Below, in pieces: positions 13,801 through 24,289 of a DNA stretch of 64,000 bases. The notes under the pieces were generated by a model. That model was not told the origin of the DNA. It did no database searches and was given only the letters and a program-made list of their open reading frames with translations. Made by a program: the position numbers and the translations under genes. Source of the stretch: Macrostomum lignano (lineage: Eukaryota); contig NIVC01000247.1 in NCBI GenBank assembly GCA_002269645.1, positions 1-64,000 on the forward strand. Reading direction: 5' to 3'. The first letter of the stretch is position 1. Every line of letters begins with the position of its first letter.

Positions 13801-16185
13801 ACATGGTGGCTCTCTAATGTTCGACATGGTGGCTCTCTAATGTTCGACATGGTGGCTCTTTAATGTTTGACATGGTAGTTCTTTTATGTTTGATATGGTG
13901 GCTCTTTTATGTTCGACATGGTGGCTCTTTAATGTTTGACATGGTGGCTCTTTTAGGTTTGAAATGGTGGCTCTTTAATGTTTGACATTGTGGCTTTTTA
14001 ATGTTCGATATGGTGGCTCTTTAATGTTCGACATGGTGGCTCTCTAATGTTCGACATGGTGGCTCTTTAATGTTCTTAATGGTGTCTGTTTTATGTTTGA
14101 CATGGTGGCTCTTTAATGTTCGACATGGTGGCTCTTTAATGTTTGACATGGTAGTTCTCTTATGTTTGATATGGTGGCTTTTTCATGTTTGACATGGTGG
14201 CTCTTTAATGTTCGACATGGTGGCTCTTTTAGGTTTGAAATGGTGGCTCTTTAATGTTTGACATTGTGGCTCTTTAATGTTTGACATTGTGGCTCTTTAA
14301 TGTTCGACATGGTGGCTCTTTAATGTTTTTAACGGTGTCTGTTTTATGTTTGACATGGTGGCTCTTTAATGTTCGACATGGTGGCTCTTTAATGTTTGGC
14401 ATGGTGGCTCTTTAATTTTCGAAATGTGGCTCTGTTTTATGTTTTACATGGTGGCTCTTTAATGTTCGACATAGTGGCTGTTTTATGTTTGACATGGTGG
14501 CTCTTTAATGTTCGACATGGTGGCTCTTTAATGTTTTTAACGGTGTCTGTTTTATGTTTGACATGGTGGCTCTTTAATGTTCGACATGGTGGCTCTTTAA
14601 TGTTTGACATAGTGGCTCTTTAATTTCCGAAATGTTGGCTGTTTTATGTTTGACATGGTGGCTCTTTTATGTTTGACATGGTGGCTCTTTTATCTTTGAC
14701 ATGGTGGCTCTTTAATGTTCGACATGGTGGCTCTTTAATGTTTGACATGGTGGCTCTTTAATTTTCGAAATGGTGGCTCTGTTTTATGTTTGACATGGTG
14801 GCTCTTTAATGTTCGACATGGTGGCTCTTTAATGTTTGACATGGTAGTTCTTTTATGTTTGATATGGTGGCTGTTTTATGTTTGACATGGTGGCTCTTTA
14901 ATGTTCGACATGGTGGCTCTTTTAGGTTTGAAATGGTGGCTCTTTAATTTTTTACATGGTGGCTCTTTGATGTTCGACAGGGTGGCTCTTTAATGTTCGA
15001 CATGGTGGCTCTTTTAGGTTTGAAATGGTGGCTCTTAAATGTTTGACATTGTGGCTCTTTAATGTTTGACATGGTGGCTTTTTAATGTTCGACATGGTGG
15101 CTCTTTTAGGTTTGAAATGTTGGCTCTTTAATGTTGGACATGGTGGCTCTTTAATGTTTGACATAGTGGCTCTTTAATTTTCGAAATGTTGGCTGTTTTA
15201 TGTTTGACATGGTGGCTCTTTAATGTTCGACATGGTGGCTCTTTAATGTTCTTAATGGTGTCTGTTTTATGTTTGACATGGTGGCTCTTTAATGTTCGAC
15301 ATGGTGGCTCTTTAATGTTTGACATGGTAGTTCTCTTATGTTTGATATGGTGGCTTTTTCATGTTTGACATGGTGGCTCTTTAATGTTCGACATGGTGGC
15401 TCTTTTAGGTTTGAAATGGTGGCTCTTTAATGTTTGACATTGTGGCTCTTTAATGTTTGACATTGTGGCTCTTTAATGTTCGACATGGTGGCTCTTTAAT
15501 GTTCGACATGGTGGCTCTTTTAGGTTTGAAATGGTGGCTCTTTAATGTTTGACATTGTGGCTCTTGTATGTTTGACATAGCGCTTCTTTTATGTTTAGCA
15601 GTTTTTTGTTTTTAAGGTGTTTTAATAAAAAAATCATTTTGCGCTACCAAGATTCGAACCCAGTTCGCTACATTAGCAGTCCAGTCTGTTCGCATCTAGG
15701 CTATCTTTTTTTAATTGGAGCACATGAATTGTGGCCCTTATAATTCAATTCGGTTAGAAAGTCGCAAGTCGGTTAGAGTAAAAATTTATGACATAATCAA
15801 TTTCTCAGTCAGCCAGTATCAGTCTTAATTGAAGTTAGCAATATGGTTACACAATTTTAATCAAGTCGTGTGTGCATTTCTTCGACACTGTTTTCAAATT
15901 GTTGTGATGCAATCTTTATTACAATCGGAATTCAGCCAGTCAGTTTTTTCTCTAGCATTCTTACAATGCATTCCAGGTCGAAAGAGCTGCTTGACCTTTG
16001 CAAAAAAGCATGTTTTTCGAATATTTAATCCCTTTAAAATTGAGCAATTTCTTAGCCAGGATGCATGTACCGTCCCAGGAAAATTTCTGATCGAATGGTG
16101 CAAGTTTGAAGAAAATCGGTTGAGCCATTTTTTCTGAAATCTATCGCATAGCTAGTTACAGACATTTCATTTTTAGTATATACGA
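10899..16185 (-). mobile_element. Helitron-like element enclosing satellite B
   Basis: Minus strand reads CCCCCAACGGGGGG (hairpin, 10913-10926), 9 nt, then CTAG|T at 10903-10899, the canonical Helitron 3' end. A 5'-like terminus CTCGTATATACTAAAAATG lies at ~16185. Confidence 0.6.
11205..15595. repeat. Satellite B, 23-bp monomer ACATGGTGGCTCTTTAATGTTTG, ~190 copies with higher-order variants
   Basis: Continuous tandem array. It produces the MSNIKEPPC... ORF artefacts. Confidence 0.97.
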
Positions 16186-17820
16186 GGCCAACTCCTCCTT
16201 CGGAGAAGAAAGGGGAAGAACTCCAATCAGCGGAATTCCATTCCCTGAACTCCATCAGCGGAATCCCATTTTCCAACACCTCTCCGCGCAACAGAAATCG
16301 TCTCCGTGAAACTGAACACTATCGAAATCCTCTCCGTGAAACTGAACACCATCGAAATATTCTCCGCGAAATAGAAATCCTCTCCGTGAAACTGGACTAA
16401 ATCGAAATTTCTACGTCAAACAGCCCAGCTCTCAGAATTCATTGGTTAAGGTTAGGGTTAGGGTTAGAGCTACACACAGCTGCGTGTTGACAGACGCCGT
16501 AAAAACATTGAACCAATTAAATTGCGCAACTTATTTCTCAGGCAGTCAGTATCAGCCTCAGTTAAAGTTAACAAAAAGATTGCGCAATCTAAATCAACCC
16601 TCAAATACACAGCAACCGACCCCCCTTCCAATACGCAGTGCATCTAGAAATTGAACATCCCCCCTCACCAACTATTGGGGGTCGGTCGAACCCCCATTGA
16701 ACTCCAAAATGAGAACAATCTTTGCAGAAAGCTAAAAGTATGAAAATCTTTTCTTGAATGCTGTGAATTTAATTTTCATATTTAAAGCAAAAAACTTATA
16801 TCCCCGAACTCATCGCAGCAAGATCTTTCCAGCAATATAAGTCTCTCCTCTCTAAGTTCAAAACTCGAGCAACAGTTAGTGTTTGAAACTTTCTGATTTT
16901 AAGCATTGAAATATCGAGTGTACGTTCACTGGCTGCAACAGTGAATTGCAATTGTCTATACAGTCAGCCCGTGCGCCAAGGTCCAAGTGCACACGAAATG
17001 ATTGCGCAATCTAAATCAACCCTCCAATACACAGCGACTGACCCCCTTCCGCAGTGGCAATTAAAAGTTGAACCGCCCCCCCTCCCACCAACTGTTGGGG
17101 GGTTGGTCGAACTTCATTGAACCCCCAAATGAGTACAATCTTTCCAGAAAGTAAAAAGTATGGAAGTTGTTTTCGATCGCTGTGTTTTTTCTTTTCACAT
17201 TTAAAACAAACAACTTATATCCCCGAACTCAGTGTTGCAAGATCTTTCCAGCAATATAAGTATATTCTTTTAAAGTTTAGAACTCGAGGAACAGTTAGCG
17301 TTTGAAATGTCCCGATTTAAAGCATTGAAGTATCGAGTGTACGTTCACCTGCCTGCTAAAAAGGCTCGCATGTTGATGCATTGAATTTCAGTGTGCAAAA
17401 AATACACCGGGCTGCCTAATTGAAAATCAGAGCACGTATCGTTGCGCAATTGTCTATACAGTCAGCCCGTGCGCCAAGGTCCAAGTGCACACACGCCGCC
17501 ACTGAGAACGCGAGCACCCCCACTGGAGAGAAAATACACTGCAGAGATAGGAGAAAGTTATGGCGCAATCGCTCAAAATTCATGCAAATTTTTAGCTCCA
17601 AGCAGAAAGAGGGGACAAATAAGATTATCAAAGGTCAAGATTGCAGTTTTTTGCTTTTTTCGGGATCTTAAAATGTAAAAATAAAAAATTGAAATAGCCC
17701 ACTGCCATCCTCGGAAAATTTGCAGTTTTCCCAAATAAGTTTCGACGCTGACTTGCAAGTCGTCTAGGAGGAGATATGTATCACACAGACAAACAACGCA
17801 CCAGTTTTAGTATTAAGAGG
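15600..17820 (-). mobile_element. Second copy of the Helitron-like block (homologous to 7110-10520), with an internal ~420-bp duplication
   Basis: Shares a tRNA-like fragment, TATGACATAATCA.TTTCTCAGTCAG, CTCTAGCATTCTTACAATG, the 30-bp minisatellite, the TTAGGG run and GGAGAGAAAATACACTGCAGAGATAGG with copy 1. 16578-16990 is repeated at 16999-17470. Confidence 0.75.
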
Positions 17821-18149
17821 ATGTCTTCTTTCCAGAAAATTTTGAATGTTTTGGCGAAAACGCGATCAAAATCGGTGAAGAATTGCAGTCTCTAGAGCGT
17901 TATGGACATTCAAGCATACAAACAAACAAACAAATATTAGAGATTTAGTATATTTAGATTTAATTTTTTTCGGAAGATTAGCACCCTGCGCTGATGATTT
18001 AAAGTCTTAGGGATTTGGTTTCGCGTTGCAAATTGAATGTGGGGAGAAGAATGCAGATTCTTTTCTGATTGCTTCCAAGATGTTATGGGTGGATGTTAGT
18101 GGATGATGTCAGTTTCAGTGAGCATAACAGGTGTCAGTGGACACCTGTT

Positions 18150-18365
18150 ATGCTCTGATTCTGTCAGGGATAATATGGGTGGATTTAATACGATTATGTT
18201 CGAAGTTTTCGGAGCAAGTGCGACCCCCTTTTTTCTGATTCTGTCGGGAATAATATGGATGGATTTAATGGGATTATGTTCGAAGTTTTCGGAGCGAGGG
18301 CGACCCCCCCCCTTTTTTCTGATTCTGTCGGGGATAATATGGATGGATTTAATGGGATTATGGAG
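18150..18365. repeat. ~80-bp tandem repeat, about 2.6 copies
   Basis: TCTGATTCTGTC recurs at 18154, 18234 and 18318. Confidence 0.85.
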
Positions 18366-19244
18366 GACGTGAAAAATTTTGTCCCAGAAGCCCCATCATG
18401 CATTCTACTGACTGCGAATGTTGGGCTTGGGTGCTGAAACTAGTGAATAAAGACGCTGCCGTCTTCAAGGTGGGACGATGCGTATTGTGTTCTTATTGCT
18501 TATGTATTAAGCCTAAACCCTATACTAAGAACTAAGAAGCTATTGGGCTATATTAACTTTAGTTGTTGGGTAGGGAATGTCACGTGCGGTGGGCTCGCCG
18601 CCCCCACACTTTACCCTCATCCCACACCCCCGCCTTCCATCCTATTTACTTTGCCCGCCTGTACCTGTATAGTATACACCATTTTTGTAGTATGTTGAGC
18701 CTTGAGGCGACAAGACGCGACATACTTGCTGATATGTATCGAAAAATATTTCCTTCTCACTAACGATAATTTCTGCCGCACTTTGAGATTCAGTGATGCT
18801 CCTACTGATAAACTAATGCCAACTTTTAAGTTTATGCAAAAGGGCTATTCACGCACTTTATATCGATTGGTTGATTGATTTTAGCAGTTATTTCTATGAT
18901 TTCAGCAGCTTTTTCATAAATTTCTGCTTACCGCGTGGCAACGCCTCAACCTACGAACTCGAGTCGCATGTCGTTTCAGAGATATTATCAAGGCGCATTC
19001 ATGTAATGCATTTTCAAGCTATATTTACAATTTTTGCAGCTGCTGAGCGCCAAATAATAATTTTTACCGACAGCTAAACGAACAGGTATTGAGACATGTT
19101 AACCTAAGAATCAGTATTCAAAACTGATTTAGTTGCATAGTGCGTCTGTAAGGATCGGAATTCTGTGGAGTCTCATCAAGCAGTTTGGGCGGGGTGCCAA
19201 AAATTCATTGAATAAAATTGGAGGGATGAAAAACAGGCATGACA

Positions 19245-19475
19245 TAAGCGCGCATGTTTATATTTGGCAGCATGTAAATAAGCGCATGTTTATATTTGGC
19301 AGCATGTAAATGAGCGCATGTTTATTTTTGGCAGCATGTAAATAAGCGCATGTTTATATTTGGCTAGTGTGTAAATAAGCGCATGTGGCTAGTGTGTAAA
19401 TAAGCGCATGTTTATATTTGGCAGCATGTAAATAAGCGCATGTGAACCTTTTGCAGGTGTGTAAATAAGCGCCCA
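19245..19475. repeat. 32-bp minisatellite GCGCATGTTTATATTTGGCAGCATGTAAATAA, about 7 copies
   Basis: Direct tandem copies are visible. Confidence 0.9.
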
Positions 19476-20145
19476 CAGAAAAAAGTGCACAGAGACCTCA
19501 GTCAGTTTTTACCAGGAGGACCAAGTCAAGTATGTTGTGGACAAGCTCAGGTATTTGTTTATGCTTTGTGTAGCTACGCTTGTATATGCAGCTGAGAAGC
19601 TGTCTATGGTGCTGACGGCCCTTTCTTGGGTACAGGCCCTCCGAAGGGATGTGAGGCAAAAAAGCCCATGGGTAACACAGAACTGATGGGTAATAAAGTA
19701 ATAAAGGAGAATAGTCAGAGTTGAGGCTACGAGCAGACCAAAGTCGGCTGCATCTTTTCCACTAAACCTCCGCCTTTTATTTGATGGCTAAAAACACAAC
19801 GAAGTACACTTAAACTTGTCGATAAATTTGAGCCCGGTGTCAGACTCGCATCGCTCTTTCCTTTCTCCTACTTGCACCTCCCCGACTTTTCAACAATTTA
19901 TACATGTAAAAGCTCTGGATATCATTAGGGCTAGTCTGTGAAGTGGGTGATGATGAAAGCCTTTTTCCGGCCTTTAACTTACATGAAAGTTAAGTGAAAA
20001 ATCTACCTGTTGTATGAAAGCATTTCATTGGACAGTCAAATACTCAAAACTTTCAAAATCAAGAGCTCAATAAAATCTGCAGTTTCAAATAAACCTATCG
20101 TTTTCACTCGCCACAAAGCGACTCTCCGCTCACTGCGCTCTGCAG

Positions 20146-21758
20146 GAAGCCAACCTGCAGTGACAGCCACGGCGTGTGGTGTGCGGCCTGCACAGGACAC
20201 GTGCCATGCGATCGAGTGCTGCAGCAGTTTCTGTGACGACAGATATAAAAAACTGATTCCAATCATTTTCCTTTCCGGTAGTGTTCACCTCGTTCAGGCA
20301 ACCAGACCGAGCTCGATCAACGAGCTCAGAGTGAGCTTCAGCTTCAAAGAGAAACACATCATCAGACGGCTGAGCACAGTCCAGGGCCAGCTGTTCACAC
20401 TCATCAAGTTCATCTTCAAGAGACACTTGCCGCTCACTCTGGACACACCTGGACTCAAGACCTACCATGCAAAGACTCTGCTATTCTTCATGCGTGAAAA
20501 GCATGGCACATATCCTGAAACTGAGGCTTGGAAGCCCCACAATCTGATCGCTCTGCTCAAGGAATCTCTCGACATGATGCTGAGCTTCATCGACTCGAGC
20601 AGCTCGCCCGATGAGTGCATGCCGCACTTCTTCATGCCCGACGCTCCGCTCTACTTCAAGAACGCTGGAATCGGCGGCGACTTCGACAACACGAAAGCGA
20701 GGGTTCGAGACCGACTTTGTGAACTGAGAAGCGACATCGGCGGAGTGGTCGAGCAGCTGAGGATACTCGTGAGACCTCTGCAGTCAGAGAAGTTCTACTT
20801 TCACCCGTTCACTCTGCTGCCTCTGAAAGTGCCGCCTGCTGTCACCGAGATCAGGGAAGGAAGTGATTGCTATCCAGAAATGTACTACAAGTTCGCAGAC
20901 GTGTACAGTCTGTTGCACCAGTGTGTGGGCGAGCTGCAGTCTGAATCGAGCGACAGAGACACTCTGATGAGGCAGCTCAGTCTCCTGTATGAGCTGCAGT
21001 GGTGCAAGTGCACCGCCCTGTGCATGACCGCCATGGCGCATTTGAAGTTCGGAGAATCTGAGGAGGCTGAGAGACTCGCGATGGAGCTGCAGAGACATCA
21101 GGTTGAGTCAGGGTTGAAGCCACAGGATATTCGAGACGAGACTGGCAGGGACGGAAGAAAAAAGATAAAACTGCCAGAAGACTCAGACTGGGCGTGGAGG
21201 TTCTGCCTCCCCTGCGACTCTCCGCCTCGCTTCCTATTCCTTCCCGAGTTCACGCAGACTCTGTTCACAGCCAGACTGTCGCAGCCTCTCTCCTCCCACC
21301 TGTACGTGAACTTCCGCTGCTTGAGCTGGAGTCTCCAAGCTGAGCTGCTCCGCAATCGCGCATCAGCAATCGCATTCGATCATTGGATTGAACAGCTGCT
21401 TGGAGACCCGGACTTGGAGGAGCTGCTCACTCTGGCTCACTACAGCGACTGCCGCGAGCACGTGGAGCTCAGCCTGCAGCAGATGGAGATGATCGAGAAA
21501 GAGAGACGCGTCGCCATGGAGACGCAGGACGAGGAGAAGATCGGCTGGGTCATGCAGAAGCGGTGGCGAGTTTCGAACCGCAGCGGCAGCGACAGCGGCG
21601 CTCACCGCAGCAGGGAAGATGAGGAGCGGAGGCTGTGGGCGAGGGCGAGGCTGCGGCGAGACGGGGCCGACTTGGGTCGCCTGGTTGCCATGGAAACTGC
21701 AGCGGAGCAGAGAGACAGCTGGACTCACGCCAAGCTCAGTCGGATGAGACTGCAGTGA
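20146..21758 (+). CDS. Mab-21/cGAS-like receptor (cGLR) family protein: large terminal exon, with N-terminal exon(s) not identified
   Basis: Ordered Mab-21 motifs: PAVT...QDTCHAIEC (cf. GPAVT...DxVPAI), GSVHLV, ELRVSFSFKE (cf. EWRxSFSxxE), LIKFIFK, LKTYHAKTLLFF (cf. SYHxKT), WKPHNLIALL, CMPHFFMP. A candidate acceptor CTCTGCAG|G ends at 20145, and the ORF before it has no family motif. Stop at 21758. Confidence 0.8.
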
Positions 21759-22332
21759 CCTGAGGACTTCGTTGCTCAGATTTTCAAGTTTTGCTTGACT
21801 GGAATTTCGAACCCCATAACTGTGTACTTTTACCATCGAGTGCGAGCAGCCCTCCTGCTATGAACTGCAGTTTGTACATTTGTGCTGCAATTCAATTCAC
21901 ACTGCATGCTGAATTGCTTTTTCTCTTCAAACTGTGTGTCTGCTTTGATGCGGGCTTTTCTCTGGGATTTTGTTCTGCGGACTTCAATACCCGATTGCCA
22001 CTGCTTTTTAATGAAATATTCAAGCCAAATGCACAGGTAGCAGCTTTCTGCTTGAACCTGGAAAATTCAAAGGTCGGCTGGGTCAGGGAGAAGCTGGAGA
22101 GACTTGATGCAGCAGCTTGAATTTAACTCGGAATTTTGTAAGCTTCTCTGGCTTCTGTGAAAGCTGTTTGAGAAATTTTACTGTACTTGATTCTGATAAA
22201 TAATTTAAATGTATTTTTATTATTCAAAATATTGTGTGTACTTGAATATTTAAGCACCTGCTGCAGATTGATTTCATCATGTACTTTCAACATTTACTCA
22301 TGTACCCTGCAGTGACTGACAGCCTGACAGCT

Positions 22333-22612
22333 CCCAGTGTCTCCCTCTCCTCCCCAGTGTCTCCCTCTCCTCCCCCGTCTCCCTCTCCTCCCCCACTGTC
22401 TCCCTCTCCTCCCCCAGTGTCTCCCTCTCCCCCCCAGTGTCTCCCTCTCCTCCCCCAGTGTCTCCCTCTCCTCCCCAGTGTCTCCCTCTCCTCCCCCAGT
22501 GTCTCCCTCTCCTCCCCCAGTGTCTCCCTCTCCTCCCCAGTGTCTCCCTCTCCTCCCCCAGTGTCTCCCTCTCCTCCCCCAGTGTCTCCCTCTCCTCCCC
22601 CAGTTGTCTCCT
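22333..22612. repeat. 21-bp minisatellite CCCAGTGTCTCCCTCTCCTCC
   Basis: About 13 tandem copies. Confidence 0.93.
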
Positions 22613-23529
22613 GAAATTTCCCACTGCCATTTAAATCTCATTTAAATCTCATGGCTCAGAAGTTTTGCATTGTACTGGTCATATCTCAGCTCATCCTTCT
22701 TATGTATATTAATATTAAACTTCAACTCGCTACTGTTAGTAGTTTTGCCTACAAATATACTCAGCCAAAATAAAAAAACAAGGATAAAAACAGTTTTCGC
22801 AGTCTGCTACTGTCAGTAGAGTCGAAGAAATTCGCAGCCTGAAACAAACGCCAGTGCAGTCTCATCCGGCATGCAGTTTCTGAATCAACAATCCAGTGCG
22901 AACTTCAGCCGGCCATCCGGGATGCCAGGAAGCTCCTGCAGATCCCCCAAGTTATTGCAATTTGCCTTTCTCGACTCCCCCTCAGGCAGCAGAGATGCCG
23001 CGCACTGATAAGCTGAAGCCGATCATCAGCCAAGGGCCACCACGGGAGCGGGACACGAAGCCCCTTCCCCTCTCCCTTCCTTTTGCCCCATCCGATTTCG
23101 TCACAAATCCTCTCCATCATTAGGAGGCTGTTAGGACGGAATTACGAGCAGAAGAAGCCACGATCTTCTGCCTGCATTGGTTCGGCTTTCTTAGGGCGAA
23201 CGGCTGATTAGGCTGTCCAGTCACCGGGAGTGGGGGCTGCCGCAGTTGTGAGCACAGGGGGTTGACTGGCCACCCCCGTGTGTTTGCTTGAGCTGAGCTG
23301 TGCAGCCCGTGCGGTATTTAGCTGAGGGTCAGTGCTGCCTGTCTGCCTTGGCTGTTTTGGGACTCGCTTTGCTGCTGAGCTGAGTGCTGATGCTGGCTCT
23401 GATTGCTGCTGAGCTGAGTGCTGATGCTGGCTCTGATCCCCAACTGTAGTTTGTCTGTTCTCACCTTGATAACGCTTTTCTGTGCCTCTGGTATTCTATT
23501 GCCCTTGTGTTTTCCTCCTTTCCCCTCAT

Positions 23530-23765
23530 CTCCTCTCCTCTCCTCTCCTCTCCCTTCATCTACTCTCTAATCCGCTCTGCTCTCCTCTCCTCTCCTCTCC
23601 TCTCCTCTCCTCTCCTCTCCTCTCCTCTCCTCTCCTCTCCTCTCCTCTCCTCTCCTCTCCTCTCCTCTCCTCTCCTCTCCTCTCCTCTCCTCTCCTCTCC
23701 TCTCCTCTCCTCTCTCCTCTCCTCTCCTCTCCTCTCCTCTCCTCTCCACTCCTCTCCTCTCTCCT
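23530..23765. repeat. (CTCTC)n pentanucleotide microsatellite
   Basis: Near-perfect run 23585-23745. Confidence 0.95.
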
Positions 23766-24289
23766 TCTTTACTCTCTTCTATTTTTTTCTCCTCTTGTTT
23801 TCTCTTTTCTCCCTCGTCTCCTCTGGCCACAAAAATTTTATGATTAGATTCTAATAAGCAATTGGAATGCCTCTAATTTATTTATTTAAAAAAGTTTTCC
23901 GTTTGAACTGCCCTCGGACATCTTTCTCTTGATCTTTTTACAAATATAAAGCTACCCGATTGTTTAATTATTTATGTGAACATCCTGCGAGCTGCAATAA
24001 AAATGTGTGTAAGTGTTTACTGATGCCTTCTATAATTGGTCATGTTAACGGAAATAATTTTCAGTAAAATTGTAAGAGTATTATTGTATAACATGTTTTT
24101 GCGAGCACAAATAAATGAAGAACATATTTCTAAGAATCGCTCAACGCCTTCTTGCCGGAGTTTGGACTCTGGCAAGTTATCCAGTAATTTCCTTAGATTA
24201 CCAGTTGTTGCCCAAAGATTCAGTATGAAATCTCAAAGTCACTCAATCACGATCGTTGGAGCATCCCTCGCAGCTGCCATCATGAGCGC

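Noticed and set aside
1-15595. CRISPR-like appearance of the regular short repeats
   Set aside because: Monomers are head-to-tail with no unique spacers, there are no cas genes, and the context is eukaryotic.
15640-15705. tRNA-Ser(GCT)-like sequence (also tRNA-like pieces at 29865-29925 and 34975-35043)
   Set aside because: B boxes are present but acceptor and T stems do not pair. These were treated as SINE heads or pseudogenes, not tRNA genes.
19245-19475. Possible kinship of the two 32-bp minisatellites (19245 and 63296)
   Set aside because: They share only the period and a TGTAAAT word. The remainder does not align convincingly.
20010-20145. N-terminal 45 codons of the 582-aa ORF as real coding sequence
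   Set aside because: They start at a non-ATG codon, are AT-rich, have no Mab-21 motif and end in a plausible 3' splice site, so they are more likely intron.
22896-23450. GC-rich segment with short ORFs and a 31-bp duplication
   Set aside because: No recognisable motif or consistent splice/frame link to the neighbouring genes.
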